Assembly (NCBI RefSeq): GCF_009914755.1
Contig: NC_060947.1
Direction: 5' to 3' (one strand)
DNA length: 64,000 nt
From: the human T2T-CHM13v2.0 reference genome, Homo sapiens
Every line of letters begins with the position of its first letter. The stretch's first letter is position 1. The notes under the pieces were generated by a model. The model was given only the letters and a program-made list of their open reading frames with translations. It was not told the DNA's origin and ran no database searches. Position numbers and translations under genes: made by a program. Positions 1-13,297 of this stretch are shown here, one piece after another.

Positions 1-752
1 TTCAGAGCATGAAGACAAGGCTTTTGAATCAGACAAAAATAAAGAAAAAAGAATGAAAAGAAGTGAACAGTCTCCAAGAAATATGGGATTATGTAAAACA
101 TCCAAACCTAAGAATCATAGGTGCTTCGGAGGGGGAAAAAAGCTTGGAAAACATATTTGAATGAATAATTAAGGAAAATGTTCATGGCCTTGCTAGAGAC
201 TTGATATGCAAATACAAGAAGCTGAAATAACTCCTGGGAGATTCATAGCAAAAAGGACATCATCAAGGCATATTGTCATCAGATTATCTAAAGACAACAT
301 GAAGGAAATAATTCTAACAGCAATGAGACAGAATAATCAAATAATTTACAAAAGAAAATCTATCAGACTAACATCAGACTTCTCGGCAGAAATCTTACAA
401 GCCAGAAGGGCTTGGGATCCTATATTTAGTCTCCTCCAATAGAATAACTGTCAGCCAATAATTCCATATTCAGTCGTATTAAGTTTTGTAAATGAAAGAG
501 AAATAAAATATTTCCCAGTAAAGCAAATGCTTAAGCAATATGTCACTGCTAGGCCAGCCCTGTAAGAAATGCTCAAAGGTGTTCTAAACATCAACCTCAA
601 AGGTTGATACACACCTGTATATAAATACATGAATTTCAAATTTGAAAACAAAGCTGTTCTTTTATGAATTAAGTACAAATTAATCACTTCATCTAGCCAT
701 TTCCATGATACCTGCAGATTCATCATTTCTCTGGATCAAGGCCTGAGTCTCA

Positions 753-1240
753 GCCTGAAGGACATTATGTTAAGCAAAATAAGTCAGTTACAGAAAGATA
801 AATACCACATGTTCTCACTCACATGGGAACTGAAAACATTATTTTTGAGTTCACAGAAGTAGAGAATAGAACTGTGGGTATAGAGGCTGGGAAGAGTAAG
901 GAAGAAGGGAGCTTGGGGAGATGTTGGTTATTGAATACAAAATTACAGCTAGATGGGAGAAATGCACTCTGATATTCTGCCAAACTGTAGGGCAAATGTG
1001 GTTAGTTATAAATTACTCCATATTTTCAAAAAGCTAAGAGAGGATTCGGAGATTTCCCATTACAAAGAAATAATAAATGTTAGAGGTGATGGATGTGCTA
1101 ATTACCCTGATATGATCATTATACATTGTATTCATGTATCAAAATGCATGAATAAAATACTACTCTGTATGCCATAAATATGTACAATTATTACATGTCA
1201 ACTGAAAGTAAAGAGTAAAAGGAATAAATCAACCAAAAAT
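753..1240 (+). mobile_element. L1MA-type 3' end (L1MA4-6-like) nested in the L1PB inter-ORF region
   Basis: gaaggacattatgttaagcaaaataag...gaatacaaaattacagctagat...gaggtgatggatgtgctaattaccctga...ataaatatgtacaattattac followed by an A-rich tail. Confidence 0.85.
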
Positions 1241-4200
1241 AAAAATGCCTGCAAGTATGAAACTCTCAGGGCTTATGTGACAGCAGCACAATGAAGAAAA
1301 TAAAGCAACTAGGTAACAATCAACATGATGACTGGAACAGTACCTCACCTTCTCAATATTTTCTATGAATGTAAATGATTTAAGTGCCCCACTTAGAAGA
1401 TATAGATTGGCAGAATGGATTAAACATACTCACACACACACACAAACCAAACATCTGTTGCCATCAAGCAACCCACCTAACACGTAAAGTTTCTTTTAGA
1501 TTAAAGGTAAAGAAGTGGGAAAAAAAAATTCTGTGCAAATGGAAAATAAAAGTGAGTAGGAGTAGCTGTTCTCGTATGAGGCAAAACAAACTGTAAATCA
1601 ACAGCAGACAAAGAAGACAAAGAAGGCAATTATAAAATAATATAAAGTCAAATAAGGTCATTATATGATGACAAAGGGATCTATTTCAGAAGAAGATATA
1701 ACAATCCTAAATATATATGCACCTAATACCAGAGCTCACAGATTCATAAAACAAATACTATTAGACCGTAAAAAAGATATAGGCAGCAATACAATAATAA
1801 TGAAGGAGTTCAGCATTCCATTAACTGCACTAGAGAGATCATTGAGGCAGAAAGTTAACAAATAAATACTGGACTTAAACTGGACTCTAGAACAAATGGA
1901 CCTATCAGGAATTTACATAATATTCTACCCAAAACCTGAAAAAGATACATTTTTCTTATCAGCACATGGAATATTCTCCAAGATAGGCCATATGATAGGC
2001 CACAAAACAAGTCTCAATACATTTTAAGAAAATCAAAATTATGTAAAGTATCTTATCAGACCACAGTGAAATAAAACTAGAAATCAATTCCAGAAGGAAC
2101 TGTCAAAACTACGCAAATACATGGAAATTAATCTGCTCCTGAATACTCTTTTGGTCAATAATAAAATCAAGATGAAAATTTACACAATTTCCATAATTTA
2201 TGATAACAGTAACACAGGTTATAAAAATCCCTGGGATAGAGCAATAACAGTGCTAAGAGGAACATTTATACTGCTAAATTCCTACATCAAAGAAACAGAA
2301 AGATCACAAATTGACAAGGTAATGTTGCACCACAAGGAACTAGAGAAACTACGACAAACCAAACCCAAAGCTAGCAGAAAAGAAATAGCAAAGATCAGAA
2401 CAGAAATAAATGAAATTGAAGAGAAAATTACAAAGGATCAATGAAATAAAAAGTTGTTTTTTTTGAAAAGGTAAAATTACCAGACTACTATGTAGATTAA
2501 GCAAGAGGAGAGAAGATTCAAATAAGATCAATCAGAAATGCAAATGGAGACATTACAATGGATATCACAGAAATATGAAAGATCATCTGAAACTACTATG
2601 AACACTTCTATATAAAGAAACTATAAAATCTAGAGGGAATGAATACATTCCTTGAAATAAACATCCTCACAAGCTTGAATCAGGAATAGATAGAAATCCT
2701 GAAAAGACTAACAGAAAGCATAGTGATTAACTCTGTAATAAAAAATCTCCCAACAAATAAAAGCCCAGTACCAGACACATGCATAATTGAATTCTACCAG
2801 ACATTTAAAGAACTTACACACAAAAGCTATATGATCAATTTAATAGATGCAGAAAAAGCATTTGACAAAATCCAAAGTTCCTTCATGATAAAAACCTTCA
2901 ACAGACTAGGCATAGAAGGAACATATTTCAAATTAATAAAAGCCATATATGACAAACCATCAGCCAACATCATACTGAATGGGGAAAAGTTGAAAGTATT
3001 CTTCCTATGATCTGGAATAAGGCAAAGATGCTCACTTTCACCACTTCTGTTTAGCATAGTAATAGAAGTCCTAGGCAGAGCAATCAAACAAGAGAAAAAA
3101 ATAAAGGGCATCCAAATTGGAAAAGAGAAAGCTAACCTATCTCTGCTTGTTGATGATATGATCTTATACCTGGAAAACCCTAAAGACTCCTCCAAAAACT
3201 CTTAGATGTGATAAATGAATTCACTAAGGTCTCAGGTTAAAAATATATGTATACAAATCTGTAGCACTGCTATAGACCAATAATGACTAAGATGAAAATC
3301 AATTCAAGAACTCAATTCCATTTACACTAGCTGCGAAAAAAAAAAAAAAACCTAATATACGTAACCAAGGAAGTGAAAGCTCTCTACAAGGAGAACTACA
3401 AAAACACTGCTGAAAGAAATCAGAGATGTTACAAACAAATGAAAAAACATTCCATATTCATGGATTGGGATAATCAACATTGTTAAAATGACCATACCGC
3501 TCAAAGAAATACACACATTTTATGAGATTTCTATTGAAACATCAATGTCATTTTTCAGAGAATTAGGAAAAAATAAGTTCTAAGATTCGTATGGAACCAC
3601 AAAAGAGCCCAAGTAGCTAAAGCAATTCTAAGTAAAAAGAACAAAGCTGGAGGTATTCCATGACCCAAATCAAAATTATATTATAAGTTTATAGTAACCA
3701 AATATGCATGGTACTAGTATAAAAGTAGATACATAGACCCATGGAAACTAATAGAGAACCTAGAAATAAAGCCCAACATGTATAGCAACTGATCTTTGAC
3801 AAAACAGACAGAAACGTACACTGGGAAAATAACTATTCAATAAATGGTGCTCAGAAAATTGAATAGTCAGTGGCAGAAGAATGTAACTGGTTCCCTATCT
3901 CTTACCATATACAAAAACTAACTCAAGATGGATTAAAAACTTAAATCTAAGACCTGAAGCTATAACAAACCCAGCAGGTAACAGGAAAAGCTTTTCTGGA
4001 TATTGGATTAGGCAAATAATTTATGACTAAGACCCCAAAAGCAAATGCAATAAAAATAAAGAATAAAGAAGCGGGAATTAACTAAACTAAAAAGCTTCTG
4101 CACAGCAAAAGAAATAACAAGAAAATAAATAGACAACCTACAAAATGGGAGGAAATATTTGCAGTCCATATATCCAACAAATAACTAATATCTAAAATCT

Positions 4201-4699
4201 ATAAGGAACTCAAATCAGCAAGAAATAAATGAATAATGTTATTAAATAATAGGCAAATGTCATGAATAGAAATTTCTCAAAAGAAGATATACCAATGATG
4301 AACAAACACATGAAAAAATGTTCAACATCACTAATGATCAGGGAAATGCAAATTAAACCACAGTGAGATAAGACCTTACCCCAGCCAGAGTGACTATTAT
4401 TAAAAAGTCAACAATAGATGTTGGTGTGGATTTGCTGAAAGGGAAACGCTTATACACTGTTAGTGGAGTGTAAATCAGTACAACCTCTATGGAAAACAGC
4501 ATGGAGATTTCTCAAAGAACTAAAAGTAGATCTACCACTCAACCCAGCAGTCCCACTGCTCGGTGTCTACCCAAAGGAAAATAAGTCGTTATATACAAAA
4601 GACAACTGCACATGTATGTTTATTGCAGCACCATTTACAGATGCAAAGAGTTGGAACAAACTTAAATGCCCAATAACCTATGAGTGGATAAAGTGTGCG

Positions 4700-4701
4700 A
4701 T

Positions 4702-4732
<31 letters not shown>

Positions 4733-4788
4733 CATATATACACACATATATATATACCTATGCACACATATATATATACATATATATG
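4700..4788. repeat. Compound (CA)n/(TA)n microsatellite inside L1
   Basis: acacacac...atatatat read directly. Confidence 0.9.
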
Positions 4789-5140
4789 ATGAAATATTAC
4801 GTAGTCATAAAACAGAATGAAGAAATAATATGTTTTGCAGCAACGTAGATGGAACTCGAGGCCATTAACCTAAATGAAGTAACTCAGGAATAGAAAACCG
4901 AATACCACAGGTTCTCACTTAAAAATGGGAGCTAAGCTATGGGTACATGAAGGTATACAGAGTGGTACAATGGACACTGGAGACTGAGAAGTGGGGAGTT
5001 TGGGAGCGGGGTGAGGGATGAAAAATTACCTGTTGGTTACAATATATACTATTCTGGTGATGGGTACACCAAAAGCCCAGACTTCACCACTAAACAATCC
5101 ACCCATGTAATGAAAAATCACTTGTACCCCTAAAAATATT

Positions 5141-5236
5141 TAAATAAATTTTAAATAAATTTAAAATTATTTTAAATAAATTTTAAATAAATTTAAAATT
5201 ATTTTAAATAAATTTTAAATAAATTTAAAATTATTT
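5141..5236. repeat. AT-only minisatellite, 3 exact copies of a 32-bp unit
   Basis: taaataaattttaaataaatttaaaattattt at 5141, 5173 and 5205. Confidence 0.92.
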
Positions 5237-5350
5237 AAAAATTTTTTTAAAAAATTTTAAGATGTGCAAAGGAAAAAATGTAAAGTGGCAAAGTTTATGT
5301 AATATATATTTTACTACAAGAAAGAAATCACCTGTGAAATTTTCTACACC

Positions 5351-5381
<31 letters not shown>

Positions 5382-6562
5382 GGCCAAAGTCTACCTATTG
5401 CTCATCTCTAATATCATCCCTGGATAATTAATCTCTGTTTAGCTCTCAAGTTTGACTCTTAATATTTGCCTTAGTTCCCTTTTTTTCTGATCCCAGTGTT
5501 GAGCCCTCGCCATTCTGCCTCCAGGGTAATTATGACACTTGGCTTTCTTCTCACATAATTGTAGCTTAGCATTCTAACCAAAGCCCTGAAGAATCAAACA
5601 AACAGTACTATTTCCTACCTAACATTCCCAAGAGGTAGAAGGAATCAGACACTTACTTTGTGCCACTACTGCTTGTTATGAAAATCATTCCTTTTTGTAT
5701 CAATAACACTATCTTGAAATATCTGCTCCTGTGCCTTTATTCCCTATTAGCTATTAAGTTCTTGAGGACAGGGAAAATAAATTCAAACATTTCATAAATA
5801 ACTAAGTTTATACATTTTGATTTTTTTCACAGTGGGTTTTATTTTAGACTTTTTATAAACAAGAAAATAAAATGAAATACTTAGAACCTCTTCTGATTTT
5901 CTGATTTTCACCACAAGAGGGAACCATCAGAATTTATATCACAGAGGACAAAAAAAAAAAAAAAAAAAAATTGAAGCCAAGGCTGTGAGAATTGAGACAA
6001 TTTTCAATAGTACTCAAGTAAATAAATACTGAATAAAAATTTATTATGTATTTCTTGGAACAGAAAAAGGGACTTGAACTTTCGGTGTTCTAGGCCTGTA
6101 TCTCCTGTTTTAAATTAACACCATGTTTGTTTTTCAGGGGATATTTTGTAGGACAGATCAATATAGTTTTATATAAAATGTTTAAAGTAAATATTGAGTG
6201 TTTCAAAAAGTAAAACACACTTATTGTCAGTCTCACCAGAAGGATCTTCATAGTTACTGTTTTTAAACTTTTTTTTATTATTCTGACATCTAAAACAGAA
6301 AATCCTTAAAACTTTCTCACAAAATGGGACCCTATGAATTATCACCAATTTTCTTAGTTTAGGAAAATCCAGAAAAGCTAAAAAGCTGCCTCTTCCAAAT
6401 GTTTAGAAAGTGAAATGCCTTTTTATAACTTTAATGAAGGCATTATTAATTTGAATGGTCCAATCAGATCATATCAACTGATATTTATTTCTTTCCTTTT
6501 TTTAACCATTGAACAAGTAATTATTGAATGCTTATCAATTGCAAGGCACTACTTTTAAAAGA

Positions 6563-6950
6563 CACAGAAAGATAAATACCAGATGATCTCACTCATATAT
6601 GTAATCTTAAAAAGTTAATCTCAGGGAAGTACGGTAGAATGGTGGTTACAGAGGCTAGGGTGGTTAGGAGGAAGGGGAGGTAGGGGAGATGTTGGTCGGA
6701 AGATAGGAAGAATATATTCAAGAGATCTATTGTACAACAAGGCGACTATATTTAACCATAATATACTGTATTCTTGACAAACGCTAAGGGAGTACATGTT
6801 AAGTGTTCTCATCACAAAAATGAGAGCAATGTGAGGTAATACATTACTAGCTAGATTTAACCATTAGTCAACTTATGTAAGCTTCAAAACATCATGTTGT
6901 ACATGATAAATATATACAGTTTTATCAAAAGGAAAAAAATGAATTAAATA
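6563..6950 (+). mobile_element. L1MA-type 3' end fragment
   Basis: cacagaaagataaatacc...atctcactcat...gagatctattgtacaac...gtgttctcatcacaaaaatg...gtgaggtaat. Confidence 0.82.
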
Positions 6951-7184
6951 ATATAAAGGCACAAAGAAATAACTTACCATTCTAGAATTCCTTGGATTCC
7001 TGACCTTCTGCTAGTTCTGCTTTGCCATTCCTCATCTTTGGGAAATACTCATTTTGTGCATATATACCTGGACCTCTCAAAGTTGCTCAAAAATGTCACA
7101 AAGCTTATATCTTTGTTCCATTACAAACGCATGCCATTTAAAATATAATAGCATTTTTTGCAAAGAAATAAGACTTTTTAATAA

Positions 7185-7485
7185 TAAAGTCCATAAGCTG
7201 ATGACATGAGGGCCAGATTTGACCTACAGACTTTCAAATTTTGGATTTTTTGCCTAACAGTCCGAATGTTCTAGTTTTCCTAAAAAAGAAAATTCTGGCA
7301 GCACTGAGTTTCTAATTAATTAATGACAACAGTTGGCAGGAGTTGAAAAGTCATTGTAACCTTTAGATAGAACATTGTCTTTCTAATATTTCAGTTCCAA
7401 GAAATATCTACTGGATGATACTTGAGTCACTTAGCTCATTTTTATGACTATTCTGGCCATTGTAAGCTGTTTACTGTTCTCTAGT
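7185..7485 (+). mobile_element. MER102-like hAT-Charlie DNA transposon relic
   Basis: Collinear blocks gggccagatttgacctacagac, ctggcagcactg, gacaacagttggcaggagttga, cctttagatag and ctggccattgtaagc match MER102 as I recall it. Confidence 0.6.
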
Positions 7486-7587
7486 TTATATGTTGTCTCA
7501 GTATACCATCAGTGGCCAGTCCTCTCAAGATGATAACTCAGCACTCTTAACCAATGACCAATATCTTTTTTAGGAAATGAAGGTGAG

Positions 7588-7837
7588 ATATCTAAAATAG
7601 GCAAATTCATAGAGACAGACAGTAGATTAGAGGTCACCAGGGGCTGCGGGTAGATGATGGTAGTGAGGAGTTATTACTTAATGGTTATGAGTTTCTGTTT
7701 TGGGTGGAATAAATGTTTTGGAAACAGATAGTAGTTATGGTTGCAAAATGTTGTGAAAGTAATTAATGCCAAAAACTGTACAATTAAATATGGTTAAATT
7801 GACAAAGTTTATGTAATGTATATTTAAATACAATAAA
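7588..7837 (+). mobile_element. L1MB-type 3'UTR fragment
   Basis: aataggcaaattcatagagacagacagtagattagaggtcaccagggg...gatagtagttatggttgc...tttatgtaatgtatattt. Confidence 0.8.
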
Positions 7838-9882
7838 GAAATCATCTCTGACCAACAGCAAAAGAAAACTAGGTATGAGCTCATATTGCTTCTTTCTTGT
7901 GCACCTCTGTGTTCAATTGTCCTTTTCTCTTTTTTGTCCATTTTACAGATAGTGCGGCAGATCTCACCAAAACTAGAGGCTGCTCAAATTGTGGTAGATC
8001 CCATCCATACAAGTATCCTCCTTGCTGCTCCCATGTAACCTAAAGGCAGCTCTCACCAACCTAAGGGGTGGCACAGGCAAGAACAGAAACACATATCAAA
8101 GTCAGAACAGGTTAAACCCGCAATCCTTTGTTAGTTCTCTCATCAATAATAGACTTCTTAAGATCAGTAAGTTCTACCCATGATTGAACTTCTGGTACCC
8201 TTAATGGCCAGCTAAAAGATAATGCCTCTCTAAAACTATTTCCTCTGTATTATTAACTCCCTATGACACTGCACACACCCTTACCTCAGCTCTTTTCAAC
8301 ACTACCACTGGCCTTCATCCCTACCATTCTACTGTTCCTTTGTGAACAAATCTCTTTACATTCTAAATTCTTATCACAGAATAATTTCTCTTCCTTTGCT
8401 TTAAAAAACATTGTTCTTTCACAGGATAAATAAAAATATTCCCTAGTGGATGCTATCTTTAATTTCACCATTCATATGGAATTGGACTGTGATGTGGAGA
8501 TGGGATTCTCTTCACGTTTCAATAATTATTCTTTCCCTTTTATGTAAGAAACATCTCTTATCTTGATGTTTATACCACTTGATGATGTCAGTGCTATGCC
8601 CCTTTTTATAGTGCCTTGTTTGGAATGTAGAGGGTGGAGTAAAAGGAGATGTTAAAGATAAACTCTTCTATTTACTTTATCTTAAAGAATGGGTTACCAT
8701 TATTTATCTAACCACTCACTTATGAAGATCTGATGTGATACCTTCTTTTCCCTTACTTTTATGTAATTCAATTAATTGCAAAGTAAAGGTTTTTTTTTTT
8801 TTACCACTAAAGGTACATGTTGAATCCTATGACTTTTTCTATCATATCAGGAAATTTGTAATAATGCCACCATGATGCATTGCTTCTAATACAGAGTCCT
8901 TATATTTTTATCAATGTCTCTAATCTCAATTTATTCTATTTAACTATATACTGTATTCTTTCTCTTTAACTCAAAATATGTTTAACTCTATTCTAACTTT
9001 AGAATTATTTCACTTCATCCTTATGTTGTCTTTTTATTCACAGATTCAACAGATATTATTGATCATCAACTATAATCTAGGCACGGTGACAAAAACTAAG
9101 CTTGATATCTTTATCTCTTTTCTTGTTTTTCTTATCTGATACCTAGATTTGTATTTTATTCATTTTTTAACCTTTCATTTTTACACATATTGTCTTATTA
9201 ATACACTCATTTGTTTCAATTATTGTCTTTAGGTATGTGACTCCATATCTATACGCAGCTCTTCTCTTGAGTTTCATGCTGTCATTTCAAAGTCCCTGCT
9301 TAATAACCTGCTTGGATAGTCTCAGAGAAACTTCAAGTAAAATATGTAGTCTGAATCAGGTTGATTGCCTGATAAAACAAATAATAATTTCCTAGATTCC
9401 AAATAATTTTAAAATGTTGGAACTATCAGACCAAAACTTTTACTTATTTATTTATTTATTTTTTTGCAGATTGACGAGGTAGACATTTATTTCTAGCAAT
9501 TATCTGAGAATGTATAGGGTAGTGACAAGATATTCATTTACTTGTAGCAATTACCCTACATTTGTTGGCTGAAACAACTTTATATACTTAAAATTTTTTT
9601 CTCTATGTTTATTGTTCTTAAAAATTGCATTGAATTTAACTAACTGGAATGTCAAATTGTTGATGATACACCTCAGAGGATAAGCATTGTTGAGGTTGGA
9701 ATAGGCATGAATCAAGAATTAATTCTAGTCCCTAATTTCCATGCAGCATAGAACTTATAGTTCATTGAATTCATTATAAATTAGTTTCAGTTTCTCCTAA
9801 CACTGTTGATTTTATTTTGTGATGGAACTCTTATAATATGTAAATTATTATCATGATTTTGAGTATATTTTCTTTATGAAAC

Positions 9883-10608
9883 TTTTATTTATTTCTACTT
9901 TTATTTTCTTCTACTTTTATTTTGGGTTCTTGGGGGTACATGTGCAGGTTTGTTACATGGGTAAATTTTGCGTTGCTGAGGCTTAGTGTATGAATGATCC
10001 TGTTACCTAGATAGTAAGCGTAGTATATAATACGTTGCCTTCCAGCCCACACTCTTCTCCCACTCTCCCCTCTCAAGTAGTCTCCAGTGTTTATTGTTCC
10101 CATATTTGTGTCCACGTGTATTGTGGTATTCGGTTTTCTCTTCCTGCATTAGTTCACTTAAGATAATGGCCTTCAGTTGCATTTTTGTTTACGCAAAGGA
10201 CATGATTTCATTTTTTGTGATTGTGTAGTATTCCATGGTGTATATGTGCCACATTTTCTTTAACCAGTCCACTGTTGATGGGCATCTTGGTTGATTCTAT
10301 TGCTGTTGTGAATAGGGCTGTGATGAACATATTAGTGCATATGTCTTTTTGATATAATTATGTATTTTCTTTTGGGCATATATCCGCCAGAGGGATAGCT
10401 GCTTGGAATGGTAGTTTTGTTTTAAGTTCTCTGAGAAATCTCGAAACTGCCTTCCACAGTGGATGACCTAGTTTACATTTTCACCAGCAGGATATAAGTG
10501 CTCCTTTTTCTCTCCAACCTCGCCAGCATATGTTGTTTTTTGACTTTTTAGTAATAGCCATCTTACTAGTGTGATATTCTATCTCATTGTGATTTTGATT
10601 TGCATTTG
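9883..10608 (-). mobile_element. 5'-truncated L1PA15/16-like 3' end
   Basis: T-rich tail, then ggtacatgtgcaggtttgttacatgggtaaat...; minus-strand reading MDTNMGTINTGDY...THVTNLHMYP is typical L1PA 3'UTR. Confidence 0.88.
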
Positions 10609-10930
10609 TTGAAATGTGATTGACACACAAATGCCATACATATTTAATGTATATACAACTTGATAAGTTTGGAGATAAGGATACACTTGTGAAGTCATCA
10701 CCACAATCTATGTCATAAACTTATCACCTCCAAAAACCTCCTCCTGCTGTCTTTACTTATTATTATTATCATTAGTATTATTATTGATAATATAAGAACA
10801 CTTCACATAAGATCTAAACTCTTTGCAAATTTTTAAGTAAACAATACAATATTGCTAACTATAGGCACTATACTGTACAGTTAATCTCTGTAATTTATTT
10901 ATCTTGTGTAACCAAAACTTAATACCCTGT
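10609..10930 (-). mobile_element. L1MA9/10- or L1MB1-like 3'UTR fragment
   Basis: atacacttgtgaagtcatcaccacaatc...aatacaatattgctaactataggcactatactgtacag. Confidence 0.72.
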
Positions 10931-12142
10931 AACATAACAGCTATTCTGTGTTCCATGAGGTAGAGGTAAACATACTTGCCATAAATAGAAAGATAGACGT
11001 TATCGGAGAAAATATAAAATATAATACAAGAGCAAAATGGAATATTTAGAACAAAAAGTTCAATATCAGCAATTTTAAAAATTGACATAGGAAAGAATCA
11101 GGGAAACTAAAAAGAAAATTACTAGATCACCAGAAATTATCCAAATTGTAAAAGAGAGAATAATAAAAATTGAAAAAATGAGCAATGGGACTTGTGGAAC
11201 ACTATCCAAAAGTAATTAGAATTCTAGAAGAAGAGAAGGAGATTGAAGTGGAAAATTTATCTGAAGACATAATGACCAAAAACCTCTCAAATGTAGGGAA
11301 AAGCATACATTCACAGATTTAAGAAGTTCAACAGTCTTCAAATAGAATAAATTCAGAAGAGGCTATGTCTATACACATCACAATTAAACTGCTGAAAACC
11401 AAAGCTAAAGAATAAAACCTTTAAATCTTCCCCCCAAAATAATAAATTACACACAGTGGAACAAGAGTTCAAACATTGTAGAAGTCTCATCAGAAACTAT
11501 GAAGTCCAGAAAACAATGGAACAAAATCTTTGAAGTTAAAAAGAAAAAAAATGTCAACTGTGCATTCTATTTTCCTAGCACATCAGGAATGAACAATGGC
11601 ATTTTCAGATGAAGGAAAACTAAGAGATTTCATCACGAATAGAGCTACTCTACAAGAAATACTAAAGTTATTTGTGAATATCAAAGAGAAGCTTGAATCT
11701 TCTGGAAGGAAAGAAGAACAACTGAAATGGTATTTATCTACCAAACTATAAAAGACTATTTTCTCTTAAGTTCTTAAAATATACACAACTTTGTAAAGTA
11801 AATATAACATAGTCTGGTGTGGTTTTCTGTGTATGAAAACATAATTTTTTGACAATTGTAGCAATAACATCAATAAAGAGAAACTAGTTGCAAGATTTCT
11901 ACATTTGGGGTTAAATGGCACAATATTAACTTTAAGTAGACTGTGAATTGTTAAGTATGTTTATTGCAAATCATCAATCAACCACTGAAAAACCACACAC
12001 AGGGTTATAGTAAACAGGTTCATATAAAAATAAAAATAAAAGTATCCAAATATTTTAAATATTTAAAAAGAAAATAGAGAAGGAAAAATAGAGGAATAAA
12101 TAAACATAAGAGACACAGAGAAAATAAATAATACAATGGTTA

Positions 12143-12400
12143 GCATGTTCTCACTTATAAGTGGGAGCTGAACAATAAGAACACATGGACACAGGGAGGT
12201 GAACAACACCTACTGGCCTTTGTTGGGGGCAGGGGGAGGGAGAGCATCAGGGAAAGTAGCTAATGCATGTGGGGCTTAATACCTGAGTGATGGCTTGAGA
12301 GGTGCAGCAAACCACCATGGCACACGTTTCCCTATGTAACAAACCTGCACGTCTTCCACATGTATCCCTGAACTTAAAGTAAAATACAAATTTTTAAAAA
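12143..12400 (+). mobile_element. L1PA10-12-like 3' end
   Basis: gcatgttctcacttataagtgggagctgaac...gcagcaaaccaccatggcacacgttt...gaacttaaagtaaaa. Confidence 0.9.
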
Positions 12401-12576
12401 AGATTTATAGTTGAAACCTCTGTTAAGCCTTGTAGTTAAGCAAGGCTGATAATCCCAGCAGTCAAAAGGACAGACTGTTTTGTCTATCTGGTTTATTCCT
12501 GTATTCCCAGAGCCTACGGGAATATGATATATTCAATGTTAAATAAATGTTGACTAAATGACATTTTTGTTACTCC

Positions 12577-12612
<36 letters not shown>
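12577..12612. repeat. (AAT)n microsatellite, probably a decayed poly(A) tail
   Basis: aataataat... read directly; abuts a candidate TSD. Confidence 0.88.
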
Positions 12613-12614
<2 letters not shown>

Positions 12615-12677
12615 CAACATGATGGTTAACCTAAAGTAAAAATATTACTATTTAGATTACATTTTAACGGTCTAAAC

Positions 12678-12858
12678 CACGTGTGTTCAACATTTTTTCC
12701 CTGGGCCACATTGGAAGAATTGTCTTGGGCCACACATAAAATACACTAACGCTAACAATAGCAGATGAGCTTAAAAAAAATCTTGCATAAGTTTAGTTGT
12801 ATCTATCACCATAGGTAAGCAAAAAAAAATCTTGCATTCAAAGGGTTGGACACCCGTG
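12678..12858 (+). mobile_element. MER30B (hAT-Charlie MITE)
   Basis: Inverted termini cacgtgtgttcaac / gttggacacccgtg; internal ccctgggccacattggaagaattgtcttgggccacacataaaatacactaac; hAT-type target gtctaaac on the left. Confidence 0.88.
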
Positions 12859-13297
12859 CAAACACTTAATTAAAAGGTTGCCATTGACAGAGTGGAAAAA
12901 AGCAGTACTCTACTATATCTGTCTCTAAGAAACACACTTTCAATATAAGTATATAAATAGATTAAAGGTAAATATAGAGAAATGATGTCTTACAAATATT
13001 AAGCATAAGAAAGCTTGAGTGATATTTTAGTATCAGACAAAATATATTTCAAGACAAAGCAGGTTACCAGAGATAAAGAGAGACACTTCATAATGATAAA
13101 TATGATGATGTATTAGGAAGCCATACAATTATAAATGTGTATGTGCATGCTGAAAACAGAGCACACTAAGATAGAATATTTGCATCACAGATATTAGACA
13201 CAAGACTTGTGTCTGCAATATGTAAATATATCTTTCTACTCAATAAGAATACAAACCATCCAAAAAGGAAATGGGCAAAATATTTGAATACACGATG

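Larger units (their letters stand above)
1..5140 (+). mobile_element. Degenerate LINE-1 (L1PB3/4-like): ORF1 C-terminal part, ORF2 and 3'UTR; 5' end lies outside the window
   Basis: ORF1 peptide IQIQEAEITPGRFIAKRTSSRHIVIRL; EN motif ITILNIYAPNT; RT motifs [10 protein letters not shown] and L-L-V-D-D-M (ctgcttgttgatgatatg near 3144-3161); L1PB-type 3'UTR ending gacttcaccac...cttgtacccctaaa. Many stops and frameshifts. Confidence 0.93.

Noticed and set aside
7921-8115. Strong-looking splice acceptor ending at 7948
   Set aside because: No convincing downstream GT donor and no recognisable peptide; pyrimidine-AG tracts are common in AT-rich DNA.
5700-9800. Small L2/MIR-like tips near 5740-5775, 6505-6555, 9040-9090, 9200-9345 and 9695-9800
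   Set aside because: Too short and decayed to delimit or classify reliably by eye.
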